From Octopus vulgaris (taxonomy: Eukaryota): a DNA stretch of 64,000 nucleotides. The DNA is taken from contig OX597830.1 of NCBI GenBank assembly GCA_951406725.2, positions 77,252,001 to 77,316,000 on the forward strand, given 5' to 3'. Both the position numbers and the translations under genes were made by a program. This document shows, in pieces, positions 13,101 to 29,163 of the stretch; position 1 is the stretch's first letter, and each line of letters starts with the position of its first letter. The notes under the pieces are model-generated. The model worked only from the letters and a program-made list of their open reading frames with translations, searched no databases and had not been told where the DNA came from.

Positions 13101-13504
13101 CATATATATATATATATATATATATATGCGTGTGTATACATGTGTGCGTGTGTGTGTGTTACAGAAGAGTTAGATTTGTATACATATGAAAACGAAAGTT
13201 TCGTGGGAACGTAGGGTAGGTACATCTGTCTCATTAAATGCATTCAAAACGAAGCTTAAAGTCACGTACAGCCGATATTGTTAAAGAACTTATGTAGCTC
13301 TTACCACATGTGCCGAAGGTTACTATATTTCACCTGTTCACCCATATTATATATATATACACACACATATATATATGCATATATATATATATATATACAC
13401 ACACACATATATATATATATGCATATATATATATATATATATATGTGCATATATATATGCACATATAGATATATATATAAACATATGTATATAAAAAATA
13501 TATA

Positions 13505-13587
<83 letters not shown>

Positions 13588-13841
13588 AAACACTTGAATG
13601 CATGCGTGTTTATATATACATAAATATATATACCCATTTATATCTTTAAATACACACATATACATGTAAGGGGACATGTATATGTACACTCCTCGCGCGC
13701 GCGCACACACACATACACATGCACTCGCGCGCACATGTACATATATATTTATATATATATTGACATGAACATATATTGGTATATATGCATACATACATAA
13801 TGTGTATATACATGTGCGCATGTGCGTTTGCGTGTAAAGCG

Positions 13842-14216
<375 letters not shown>

Positions 14217-15918
14217 TTTTTCTTTGAAACGTTGAACAGAGACAACTGAAGGCAACGATAATGACAGCTTCCAGTCCGTCATCGACGTAGTGTACATTAA
14301 TCATCGTAAGGTTTTGTTTTTTGACTGCTGACGAGGGGCGGGGGAGGAAAGGATTTACCCTGGTGGCGGTGCGGGCCGCAACCGCGACAGCGGCGGCGGC
14401 GGTGGTGATGAGGAGGATGATGACAGTGGGGGTTGTTTGTCGCTGTGGTAGTGGCAGCGACGGTGGTGCTGACGCTGGTGCTGACGCTGGTGCTGGTGTT
14501 GGTGCTGGCTTGGATGTTGGGATTTTTTTCTTTTTGCAATTCCTTGTGTTGGTGGCACTGGGAATTGGTGTCGACCAGTGTTGCGATAGTGATGGGGATG
14601 GTGGTCATATTGATGGTGGTGGTGGTTGGCTGTTGTGGTCGTGGTAGAAATGTGACCATATTGGTCATGCAAATGAAGCATGACGTTTTGTAGTAGTGGT
14701 GGTAGTAGTAGTAGTAGTGATGGTTATTGTAGTACGGGTGCTTGTGGCTGTAGTGCTAATAGTAGTCATGGTCTTGGTGGTTGTTGTGGGGATGGTAGTG
14801 ATGGTTATGTTAGTGATAGTGGAGAAGATAGCACTGCTAGCTGGTAAACGAGTTGGAGAAAGTGTGATGGTGTGGTGTTGGGCCCTAAGGATGGTTTAAC
14901 CCATAAAACACCAGTCAGAAATTTTACATAACACCCTCGTAGTTTTTTAACCTAAAAACACTCGTTATTTTCCTCAGTAAAGAAAGGTCTGTCCAATTAG
15001 ATTCTTAAACCCTGGTACTCAAAACAGCTTCTTTAATCCTCATTTAGAAACTTATTCGTCGGCATCATGGTATAATTTATTGCTTGTCATTGTCGACTGA
15101 ATGGACCCCTGTATATTACTGAAATGATTAAATGAAAAATATATATCCCACCTTTAGATTAAATTTTATACTCTAAATGACATGTAAGGGATTCGTCTAT
15201 CGTTTCTGCAATTCCACAGCTTCCGTACTAACAATAATGATCAGTGGGGTCCCAAGGAAATTCCATGTTTTAAAAAACGTCCTTATTTTCTGTTGCGATG
15301 CATAAATATATGGATTGTCATAACATTGTTTCATTATGATAAGGTTATTGTTTATGTCTTCGGCGATATTCCATATTTAAAGTTGATTAGCGTGAAACAC
15401 TCAAAATAAGAAGGAAAAAAATGAGATGTTCATAGCTAGAATGCATTTAGTTCATAGGTCTTTTGCATCAGGAGTGTCCAGTGGCTAAACCACAATGATA
15501 ACATCGTATTGTTGCCATAATCTGGTATGTGTCTGATCTACGAAATTTTTGACGTTTCTGTTCGGTTATTTACCATTTATCATTCCATTGTATCGATCGA
15601 CCAATTTCCATTCAAATTCTATTTGCTAAAAGTTGATGGCAAACAACTTTGTATCATTTCCTTTTTTCCTTGTTAGCTATTGTTTATTTCCTGCATGAAA
15701 GCCTCAGCATCCTTTCCAGTTTTATAATTTTCCTTCTGCTCCCGCTCATGATATTGCTACTTGAAGGTAGGTTAGCAATTAATGTTCTCATCTCGTCATA
15801 TCTTTGGACAGTACTGAGGAAAATAACTAATGCTTATAGGTTCAAACATTACGTGGGTGATATGTAAAAAGTTCGTTAAAAATATTAGGATTTCATTAGA
15901 AATCATTTTTTTAAAAAG

Positions 15919-16076
<158 letters not shown>

Positions 16077-16281
16077 GAAAATTATTATTGTCAAAGAATG
16101 TATATATGTATTGTAATATTTTGTGACAACCAGTACTTAACACAACAAAGCTTTTACGTGATACTTTTGACAATCTAAAAAAGTGAAACCGGTCAAGTGA
16201 ATAAACAGCTTTTAAAATTGCATTTTCAAACCTTCTTTCATATATATTTCCACCCGTACGGTACCTTACAACTTCACTTTG

Positions 16282-16350
<69 letters not shown>

Positions 16351-16453
16351 TCAATATAGGGTGGCAAAAAAATTTTGTAGAATTCTTTTGCCACCAGCGG
16401 CCTAGTAGGAAAAAATTAAATAGTCATAGACCATTTTTAAGTTTAACATCAAC

Positions 16454-16779
16454 AATCAAGGAACGGCCATAATAGGCCATTCACCCACTAGAAATAACAG
16501 CCAAAGCTTCAACCGCAAATAAAAGTTAATTCTGTAAACCAGGAGAAAATTTAAAAAATTTAAAAAATTTAAAAAATTTTAAAAATTTTAAAAAAATTTA
16601 AAAAATTAAAAAAAATTTTAAAAATTTAAAAAATTTAAAAAATTTAAAAAATTTAAAAAATTTAAAAAATTTAAAAATTTAAATTTTCTCCTGGTTTACA
16701 GAATTAACTTTTATTTGCGGTTGAAGCTTTGGCTGTTATTTCTAGTGGGTGAATGGCCTATTATGGCCGTTCCTTGATT
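16454..16779. repeat. Perfect 102-bp inverted repeat flanking an (AAAAAATTT)n array
   Basis: 16454-16555 is the exact reverse complement of 16678-16779. Confidence 0.95.
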
Positions 16780-16802
16780 TATATATAATATATATATATG
16801 TA

Positions 16803-16856
<54 letters not shown>

Positions 16857-16891
16857 ATATATATATATATATTATATATATATGTATTTTG

Positions 16892-17008
<117 letters not shown>

Positions 17009-17018
17009 GTATATATAC

Positions 17019-17049
<31 letters not shown>

Positions 17050-17108
17050 CATGTATGTATATATGTAAGTGTATGTGCGTCTATGTGTGTGTATGCACAC
17101 ACAGAGTG

Positions 17109-17148
<40 letters not shown>

Positions 17149-17914
17149 GCTCACATTATGTTGTGGAGATCAAGTCAGTGAAACACTGAAACAGATGAAA
17201 AACGGAATGACCGAAACGTTTGAACCATTTAAGACTTGAATAGATACCAATATGTAACACACACACCTCTAGTAACTCTCTACTCAGAAATAACACTGAG
17301 TTGTTCCAATTTTTATTGTAAACATTTCCTTCTACAGTAAACAGTGAACGAGAAAACGAAATCGAATTTAGATTTAATTCAACAGTAAACATAAATAATT
17401 CGAATCTCATTTATCTTCATTACTATCTTGTAACCAGTAATACGTAATGAAGTAGGCATTATGGGACATTTCCAACGTTTTATATATTGTTTTTGAAGAC
17501 AAAATATCGTTAGACACCTGGGTAATTCGGAAAGTGAGTCAACAGATTAAATTATGTAAAGGATTAATTGACGAAGTGAAGGAATCGCAGAGATGAGGTG
17601 TGTGTGTGTATATGTGTATGTATGCGCGTATGTGTGCATGCGTGTGTGTGTGTGTGTGTGTGTTTCTAAGTGTGTGTAAGTTTCCTGGGGTTTGTACGGA
17701 TGTCTATGTATGTATGTACGTATGCATGTATGTATGTATGTATGCATGTATGTATGTATGTATGTATGCATATATGTATGCATGTATGTATGTGTTACAC
17801 ACTTCCTTATACCCGAAAAAAAAATCTAATTTAATACATGTATTCACGTAAGACCTGTTCTTTTGTCATTCATTTCTTAATGAATATATAGATATATGTG
17901 TGTGTATATATATA

Positions 17915-17955
<41 letters not shown>

Positions 17956-18089
17956 TGGGTATGTAGGCATTCACACATGCGGGTATACACACACCGATAC
18001 ACACACATACACACATACAAATATATCTGTGGCCATACACAAAGAATATATATATGCACATCTATAGATTCTAATGTATGCATACATGT

Positions 18090-18995
<906 letters not shown>

Positions 18996-19102
18996 TATGG
19001 GACCCGACAGTTTCGTGCGCTGGCACTAATCACACGAAACTCTCGGAACCTGAGTCACTGTGTTACTATTGCTAAGTATTAATAATAATAATAATAATAA
19101 TA

Positions 19103-19212
<110 letters not shown>

Positions 19213-19633
19213 AAAAAATGAAGTTCGAAAATGCTGCTGTATTATACAATTTTTAATTTTTATATATACATTATAACATGTTTCAGTTCCTGAAATGAAC
19301 CTTATCAAAAAAAGTTATATATAAAAAGAGACAGCTCATGCCGTCAAACACAAGAAATTCATTTATAATACACAACGGAGTCAGACATCTTAGAGTTCAT
19401 GTATAGTTGATATATAGTTCATGTATAGTTGATATATAGTTTGAAGTATATGTTCAAAGTGTTCGACGCAGTGGCCCACGGTGGCGATACGTATTCAATA
19501 CAAAAAACAGATCAAAGTGGTGGAAAGCGGTCAATACAGAAGATTGATGTTTCCGAAAGAGCGAGGAATTCATTTTTACCTTAAGCAATTGTGATGACCC
19601 ATGGTGGAAGTTCGCTGGGTGGTTCTCACCCAT

Positions 19634-19667
<34 letters not shown>

Positions 19668-19681
19668 ATATATATATATAT

Positions 19682-20582
19682 ATTACATGGGAAAATGCGA
19701 GCAGGAGAAATATTCTTAACATTATAAACCGGGAAAATTACAGGACAAGTTATTACACTTGAGAAAGTTCAGGAGAACTTATTACATCTGGTTAAGTACA
19801 GAATACGACAATTTTTACTTAAGATATTGCAGTTGAGGATAAAATTTCAAATAAAATATTTAGATTCAGAAAATATTAGGTTTTATTAAAACTAAAAAAA
19901 TTATTACAAGTTATTACTTCTATTTGTTATTACTTGTTATTTTTATTAGAAATAAATAAAAAAAAACTCAAAATGTTTTTTGCCTTTTGAAAAATTCGTT
20001 TTTTATTTATTAATTAATAATCAGAAATTTGAAAATAGGCTATAAAAAATAATAGTAGTACATAATTAGTACAATAAATAGAATAATACAAAATTTAGTT
20101 ATATATTACAGTAAAAGCTACCTTATAATACCAATTTGATAGTAAAATTTGCTTGAGTTATTGCCAAGTCTTCACATTTTCAGTCTTTAGCCAATGCCTA
20201 ATTTTTGCACAATGAATTTGCCTACCAGATATACCATTCTACTTTTGCATAAAACTTGAGCTTCATTAATGTTTCTCGCTTTCATTTTTTAAGTATTTTA
20301 GCGTGTCAATATTTTAACAAAATGGTGGTACCTTTTCAAATTATAATTTTTTTTTTTTTTTTTTCAAATTATAATGTTACTTTGTAAGTTAAAATCAAAT
20401 AATTTTAATATTCAAATTTTATCCTTAGCTGCAATATTTTAAGTAAACACTTTCTTGTTCTGTACTTTGCCAGATGTAATTAGTTGTCCTGTACTTTTCC
20501 AAGTGTAGTAACTTGTCCTGTAATTTTCTAGTTTTATAATGTTAAAAATATTAATTCTCTTGCTCGCATTTTTCCATGTAAT
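19682..20582. mobile_element. Foldback / long-TIR non-autonomous DNA element
   Basis: ~180-bp imperfect TIRs (attacatgggaaaatgcgagca... / ...tgctcgcatttttccatgtaat) with ~29-bp subrepeats and an AT-rich centre. Confidence 0.8.
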
Positions 20583-21633
20583 TCATGTTTTTCCAGGCTA
20601 TGCTATTATGCTAATTAATAATGGTAGTGGTGGTGGTGGTGGTGGTGGTGGTGGTGGTGGTGATGGTGGTGGTGGTGGTGATGGTTGTTGTTGTTGTTAG
20701 TGGTGGTGGTGATGGTGGTGGTGGTGGTTTTCTTTTGGAAGGGATGTTAGTAAAAGAAAAGGGTACGAAACTTTAAACAGTTTCAGAAGCACTGCTTCTT
20801 ATATGTGACCAATCAATCTGCTAGAAATAGCAAGGAAATTTCCTTAATTTCCTTTGTATTCACGCATTGACATACTGTGTGTAGCAATCAATCTCTCTTA
20901 ATTCCTCTCGTTTTGTATGATTTCACCAACACTAAAAGTATTCGTAGCTACAGTAGTATTTTATCAGAAACAGTGAACGACTGACTACATTTAGCACATG
21001 TCCTGCAGGTGGTACAGGATATAAGTTTCAATGGTGTAAATGTCTTTTACAACTGTTGGATTACCTTACAATGACCATTCAGTCTCTTTGAAGATTTTTT
21101 AGGACCACGTTATCTGTGAGTGCTCTTTCATTTCTAAGCCTGATAATGAGCGATCTGAAAAAGATTTGACTACTATATCAAGGTAGATTGAGGAAACACA
21201 AACACTCCCAATTATTTGTACTTTGTTTTTACAGAATTAAAACGTACACAACATCTAATATCTATTGGTATATATTAGACTTTGGAGAAAACACCGTTGA
21301 TGAGACCTCAACAGTTTGAAATAAGCAACTGTTCGGTGATTTCCCGACTTTGAGTGTTAACCGTCCCCTTATTGGGTGTTATACCTAAAGTTGCACTTGC
21401 ATACATATAGTAAATGTCATACTGAAGTATGAATGGAGCAACATACTGACATTTAAGCAAAGTGTTCGCCGTTAAAAATGAGTGCATATATATATATATA
21501 CAATATATAAATACATATATAAATATACACGTATGCGCACATATGCATGTATATGTATACATATATTCATATATATATATATACATGCATGTATATGAGT
21601 ACATATATATGTATTCGTAAATGGCTGTGTACG

Positions 21634-21690
<57 letters not shown>

Positions 21691-22250
21691 TATGCACTCC
21701 AGACGCACAAAGGTCACGTATTGGCTTCTATATTTCTGTAAGTAGGTAGGTAGGTAAGAATTAATATGGATAGCATGATATAAGAAAGGGGGGGAGGTAA
21801 AATAAAGAAAAAGAAATGGGATAATGAGAATAAAAACTAGGAAAAAATATAGAGAGAGACGTAACGGAGAAAATGGAAAGAGATAGAGAGTAGTAATAAC
21901 TGGGGAGATAGAAAGGGAGAGAGAATAGGCTAGAGTGAAAGGGTGGGAGGGAAGGAAGCAGGAGAGGAAGGAGCAGCTAGAGGAGAAGAAACGTGAAGGG
22001 TGACATTGAAACTGAAAAAAAAAAAAAAAGAGAGCAAAGCAAAAAGCCACCAATATCGCTATACCACTGCTATCTTCTGAATACCACCACCATGTTTGTG
22101 TGTGTGTAAAACACATACACACACAAATACATACACACACAAACATACACGCTCATAGAAACATATTATATGCACCTATATGCACATTAATATACTTACA
22201 AACATGTATACTTTCAGATGCGTGCATATCTATGCATACATATACAGAGA

Positions 22251-22374
<124 letters not shown>

Positions 22375-23379
22375 TATCGAGATGCATATATGATATATAA
22401 ATATGTATATATGTATATACATATTGTATAATCATATATATGCACATATATATATACAACAATACGTATATATGCCTATATATATTTATTATTTACGTAT
22501 ATATGTATGTATACATTCATGCATATGCATAAAGGGATACATACATATATACGTAAATTCATTTTTACATACATGTATGCATATATGCATACATACATAC
22601 AGACAGACAGACAGACACCCAGATAGACGGACAGACAAATACAGATTCATACATAAATGTATACATACACACATGCATGCATGCATACATACGTACATAC
22701 GTACATACATACATACATACATATATACATACATATATGCATACATACATACATACATACATACATACATACATACATACATACATACATAAAACCAGGG
22801 CAAAAATCAAACTGAAGAAGCAAGCAAGACGGCGCAAAACGGGGTGGATCCATAAATGATTTATGATATGTGTGTTTGAAAGTATTTGCCATGACACACT
22901 CACACACACACACACACACACACATACACACACACGCATACACACATGCTCGCATGCACCCAATGCACATACATACATACACAGAGGCAAACACACACAC
23001 AGGCAGACATACACGCACACGCTCACACACATACTCTTAGACCTTCAAGTTTGCAGGTCATTGGCAAGATCAGACAGGAAGTGCAGGATTCATGAGGCAA
23101 ACACGAGGCAAACACTTGAACAAGATTAATTGCTTAATACTCGTTCTCGCGCCAATACCTCCACGCCGACACCGACACCCACACCAACACAGCTATCGAC
23201 GCACGCATACACACACACATACACATACGCATACACACATACACACACTTACACACGCAGAAAAGAACACACAGACACATCTCGCCACTGGCAAGGATAC
23301 CTTCTATTGCTATCGTATTAACCGACCCGTTAGCACCATCACCATTACCAACAGCGGCAGTAGCAGCAACGGTGCCTGT

Positions 23380-23380
23380 G

Positions 23381-23421
<41 letters not shown>

Positions 23422-23471
23422 TTCAGAAGTAGAAGAAGCAGCAGCGAAACTATCGGCGCGATGTTTATTCC

Positions 23472-23535
<64 letters not shown>

Positions 23536-23983
23536 CGACGATGATGATGATGATGATGATGACAATGACGATGAGATCAGTGGCGGCAATGGTTGTGTTA
23601 GCGGTGATGGTGGTGGTGGTGGTGGTGGTGGTGGTGGTGTTGGTGGTGGCGTTGGTGGTGTTGGTGGTGGTGGTGGTGGTGGTGGTGGTAGTGGTGGTGG
23701 TGGGGGTGGCGGGGGGTGGTGGTGCTGGTGGTGGTAGTTTGGTGGTGGTGGTGGATGGTGGGTGTGGTTGTGGTGGTGGTGGTGGTGGTGTCGGCGGCAG
23801 TATTGGTGATGTAGTGGTGGTGATAATGATGATTGCAGTGGCGTTGGTGATGGCGATAATACTGACGGCGACATGAAGGCTGTGGTGGAGGCGCAGGTAC
23901 AGTCTGTTGGAGAGGGTGTTTGTGCTAGTGTTGGTAGTAGTAGGAGCGGTGTTGCCATGTGGGCTGTGTCAGTGTTGGTGATG

Positions 23984-24015
<32 letters not shown>

Positions 24016-24439
24016 ATTAGTGGCGCAACTGATAATGAACTGTTGCTGTTGTGGAGGCGGTTGTGATGGTTGTTGTTGCTGTTGTCGTGGTGGTAGTGGC
24101 GATGGTGGTGGTGGTGGTGGTGGTGGTGGTGGTGGTGGTGGTGGTGGTGGTGGTGGTAGTGGTGATAGTGATGACGATGGGTGTGATGATGACGATGTTG
24201 ATGCTTACCATCATTATCGTTATCGTCATAATCACCATCGTTGTCGTTTATGTTCATCGTTATCGTCAACATCGTCGTTATCATCCTTATCATCACTACC
24301 ACCATCCGCCTCCTCCTCATTCTCCTTCCTATCGTAATCATCGTCATCATCATCGTCATCATCATCATCATCATCGTCATCATCATCATCATCATCATCG
24401 TCGTCATCATCATCGTGATCATCATCGTCATCGTCATCG

Positions 24440-24480
<41 letters not shown>

Positions 24481-24628
24481 GTCATCATCATCATCATCAT
24501 CATCGTCATCATCATCATCATCAGTATCATCATTTTCATCATCATCATCATCATCATCATCATCGTCATCATCATCATCGTCATCGTCATCATCATCATC
24601 ATCAGTATCAACATTTTCATCATCATCA
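23380..24628. repeat. Mosaic triplet tract (GTA, GAT, GAC, GGT, CAT)
   Basis: Direct reading. Confidence 0.95.
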
Positions 24629-25244
24629 ACTACATCAAAGAAAAGACAAATACAATAAATAATATGGCTTTAGATGTCTTATATCCCTTACTTGTTTCAA
24701 TCCCTGCACTGATGCCATACCGGAGTATTATCTTCAAGGGATTTTAATCGAACAAATATCGATATCAGTACTAATTCATTTTAAACTGGGTACTTCCTCT
24801 TAGTTTTCTAAACCGCTGAATTACGAGGACGTAAAACCAACAGCGGTTGCCAAGTATCGGTGAGCAAACACAAACACACACACACTCACACACACACACA
24901 TGCACACACTCACACACGTAAATGTCAAAAGGTAAATACTGGTTCCTTCGCTACATCTGTTTGAAACAGCTGTAGTGAATAAACCACTGTCCGTTTGTTG
25001 TTATTTATTAATCCACCTTGGTACCTGCTATAAGTGTGGATCTGGAGTCTGTTAAGTACAGTACAAGTGGTGCAGTGTGTGTTCCTAAATAACAACCTTG
25101 AGACTAATAATATACTCAGTCGATAGGTGTGTATACGCTACTCCAATTTCGTACAGCACGCAATTTCTATTCTTTGATCCGACCTCATGTTTTATTATTT
25201 AAGTACCTGATTCACTTTAATTCTGAAAGTATACACACACACAT

Positions 25245-25311
<67 letters not shown>

Positions 25312-25314
<3 letters not shown>

Positions 25315-25893
25315 GGTCTGGTTTAAAATTATCGGGACTGTCGCAATGGTAACAGAGCTAAAGTACGCTAAGTGAAGGCCGCTTAGCACACATCGACCTT
25401 GAAATCTGTCGCGCATGCGTACTAATTTATAACGTTTTCACTCACTTCCGTTCTTTATGGCAGTGTTTGGAAGTAAAGTGTGTAGAGTGTGGTCGTCTCA
25501 CCATAACACAGAAGTTCTATCAATGACGACAACACCAGAGAAAATAAATGTACACGAATGTGTGTTAATGTGTACGTGCATGCGTGAGTGTGTGCGTGTG
25601 TGGGTCGGATGTGTACGTGCATGGAAAGAGGCACAGCTTGAAGGTTATTACGACCAAGAATCTTTCCAAAAAATCAAATCCCACTTGAAAAGAAATCCAG
25701 GAGAATGTGACGTGACACCTTCTCGCTATGTCCAAAAAGAACCCCCAGGAATACTTCCAGCAATAGAAACGAAACCGGATAAAGTATCTGGCTTCAAAAG
25801 GGGACTACTTCGAGGAAGATTAAATGCCGAATTGACATGCGTTATAGTTTTCTTATCATAGCACAAGCCTCGGGATTTTTTCATAAGACCTCG
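25312..25893 (+). mobile_element. Internally deleted mariner
   Basis: Degenerate TIRs caaggtctgg... / ...agacctcg. C-terminal transposase remnant KIKSHLK ... LASKGDYFEED*. Confidence 0.7.
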
Positions 25894-25914
25894 AATATAT
25901 ATATATATATATAT

Positions 25915-26545
25915 GATAGGCTGCTTTCAGTTTCTCTCTCCCAAATAAACTCACATGTCTTTTGTTGGTCCTACGCTATAGTAGAAGACACTTGTCAAAG
26001 GTAGCTACCACACAGTGGGTTTGAACCAGATACCCTGAAATTGGCAAGTAAACTTCTTACCCCAAGCAACACCTGTGTCTATAACATATCTTTTATCTCC
26101 TTATTTTCTTTTACTTGTTTAAGTCATTAGACTGTGGCCATACTGGGGCACCGCCTTGAACTTTTAGTCGAATGAATCGACCCAGTACTTATTTTTTAAG
26201 TCTCATACTTATTCTATCGGGTTCTTTTGCCGAACTACTAAGTTACGGGGACGCAAACACGGGAACACCAGTTGTCAAGAGGTGATGGTCAGGGGTACAA
26301 AACATACAAAGATACACATATATACATATACACACACACACACACACACATACATACACACACACGCACATATATATATATATACACGACGGGCTTCTTT
26401 CAGTTTCCATCTAACAAATCCACTCACAAGGCTTTGGTTAGCTCAATTAGAAGACATATGGCCAAGGTGACAGGCAGCGTGACTGAACCCGGAACTATGT
26501 GGTTGGAAAGCAAGCTTCTTACCACACAGCCACGACTGGACCTAT
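25915..26545 (-). mobile_element. Two adjacent SINE family A copies (5' half ~25915-26080; full ~26105-26545)
   Basis: Similarity to 4746-5178. Confidence 0.8.
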
Positions 26546-26734
26546 TTTAAAAAACAAAAATAACTACGTGGTCATGGCTTGGGATACCGTTGATCAAAGG
26601 TCAGTGCTATCAGGGAAAATCGGAGCCTTATAAGCAATAGAAACTTTTCAGAACTATTCCACCATCTCAAAACAAACACTCATGCGCAAAATATTGCCCA
26701 AATGGCCTTCAAATTACACCCTACTTTCCCCTTA

Positions 26735-27352
26735 CTCTTTTTACTTACTTGTTTCAGTCATTTGACTGTGGCCATACTGGAACACCGCCTTTAGTCGAGC
26801 AAATCAATTCCAGGATTTATGTATTGAAAGCCTAGTACTTATTCTACCAGTCTCTTTTTGCCGAACCGCTAAGTTACGGGGACGTAAACACACCACTATC
26901 GGTTGACAAGCGATGTTAGGAGGACAAACATATACACACACATACATATATATATATATTTCTTTACTACCCACAAGGGGCTAAACATAGAGGGGACAAA
27001 CAAGGACGGACAAAGGGATGAAGTCGATTACATCGACCCCAGTGCAAAATTGGTAATTTATTTATCGACCCCGAAAGGATGAAAGGCAAAGTCGACCTCA
27101 GCGGAATTTGAACTCAGAACGTAACGACAGACGAAATACCGCTAAGCATTTCGCCCGGCGCGCTAACGTTTCTGCCAGCTCGCCGCCTTATACGACGGGC
27201 TTCTTTCAGTTTCCGTCTACCAAATCCACTCACAAGTCTTTGGTCGGCCCGAGTCTATACTAGAAGACACTTGCTCAAGGTGCCACGCAGTGGGACTGAA
27301 CCCGGAACCATGTGGTCGGTAAGCAAGCTACTTACCATACAGCCACTCCTGC
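26735..27352 (-). mobile_element. SINE family A with a family B copy (~26958-27189) nested in its internal TA tract
   Basis: A halves 26735-26957 and 27190-27352 are colinear around a full B element. Confidence 0.9.
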
Positions 27353-27430
27353 GATAATACCTCCTGGCCGACCCCTGTCGATTGAATGTAATTGGTAGAC
27401 GGAAATTATGTGGAACTCACCGTATATGTA

Positions 27431-27571
27431 CAGTCGTGTCCAAAAGTTTGGAACATAGATCTGAAAATTATAATGTTTATATTAACTGCCCAAAGGTATA
27501 TTTGAATCGAGATATACTTGGTCATAATCTTAATTTTTTTTTTAAATGTTCCAAAATTTTGACCGCGACTG
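27431..27571. mobile_element. Tc1-like MITE, TA TSD
   Basis: TA|CAGTCGTGTCCAAAAGTTTGGAACAT ... ATGTTCCAAAATTTTGACCGCGACTG|TA. Confidence 0.85.
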
Positions 27572-27707
27572 TACACACACATATATACATACATACATAC
27601 ATACATTCATACATACATACATACATATACATACATACATACATACATACATACATACATACATACATACATACATACATACATACATACATACATACAT
27701 ACATACA

Positions 27708-27741
<34 letters not shown>

Positions 27742-28000
27742 CGTACATACATACATATATACGTACATACATACATACATACATACATACATACATGCAT
27801 ACATACATACATACATACATACACACACATACATACATACATACATACATACATACATACATACATACACACACACACATACATACATACATACATACAT
27901 GCATACATGCATACATACATACATACATACATACATACATGCATGCATACATACATACATACATACATACATACATACATACATACACACACACATACAT

Positions 28001-28035
<35 letters not shown>

Positions 28036-28143
28036 TACATACACACACACACATACATACATACATACATACATACATACATACATACATACATACATAC
28101 ATACATACATACATACACACACATACATACATACATACATACA

Positions 28144-28177
<34 letters not shown>

Positions 28178-28200
28178 CGTACATACATACATACATGCAT

Positions 28201-28231
<31 letters not shown>

Positions 28232-28441
28232 GACATACATACACACACACACATACATACATACATGCATACATACATACATACACACATACATACATAC
28301 ATTCATACATATATACATACATACACACACATACATACATACATACACACACACATACATACATACATACATACACACACATACATACATACATACATAC
28401 ATACATACATACATACATACATACATACATACATACATACA

Positions 28442-28475
<34 letters not shown>

Positions 28476-28512
28476 CGTACATACATACATACATACATAC
28501 ACGCATATATAC
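27572..28512. repeat. ~940-bp (CATA)n/(CA)n microsatellite
   Basis: Direct reading. Confidence 0.97.
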
Positions 28513-29093
28513 ATGATGGTTGCAAACTTGCGTTCGAGTATTGCCATCGCCTGATCGAAAATCCCACGCATGCGAAAGCTACGACCAGCCATTCTTGTGA
28601 TACGTCTTACTCTTTTCAAGCGATGCCTGTACATGATGATTTTTTTATAGAGGAGAACAGATTTGCACAAATCCAATCCTACTTTCTGGACATGGACAAC
28701 ATAACCTCGAAAAGAACTAGTCCACATCATTGAATATTGTCAGTGTCGCTGGTTTTCTCTCAGTGTTTACCTCTTCTCTCAAGTTGCGACAGCAGCAGAA
28801 GGCCCTCCCCTTTTCCCAGTAGGCCAAACGCGCAACTGGACACTAACCTAGTTATTTGCACGTCCCCGCCCGTACAAACATGCATACTTACACATGTTAG
28901 ATGACCGTTGACTGCTCGTGAGTTTTCCGCATTGTGACAGGTCTTATTTTTCATCTTGCAGCGAGTCCAATATTCACCCTCCTCACCAATAAAGCTTGAT
29001 GGGGTTGCCAGTTTAGTTGCCGATGACCTGACAATGCAGCAAGCTGTACTAGGTTACAGGTCACCAGTAGCACTCAAGAGCCACTTGACTTGC
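28513..29093 (-). mobile_element. Possible 5' UTR region of an RTE-like LINE
   Basis: Higher-GC, non-simple block. aactggcaacccc and gagagaagaggtaaacactga...aaaacc resemble RTE 5' regions from memory only. Confidence 0.3.
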
Positions 29094-29111
29094 TTATATA
29101 CATACATGTAC

Positions 29112-29163
<52 letters not shown>

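Noticed and set aside
17195-17225. CAGATGA...cgg aatga ccGAAACGTT possible hammerhead
   Set aside because: Core mismatch and a very short stem II; chance cannot be excluded.
27382-28733. ~400-aa ORFs
   Set aside because: Translations of (CATA)n. The same applies to the YI, CV, HT, poly-D, poly-I and poly-N ORFs throughout the window.
28990-29093. HDV-like ribozyme at the putative RTE 5' end
   Set aside because: Could not identify the nested double pseudoknot by eye; needs a descriptor search.
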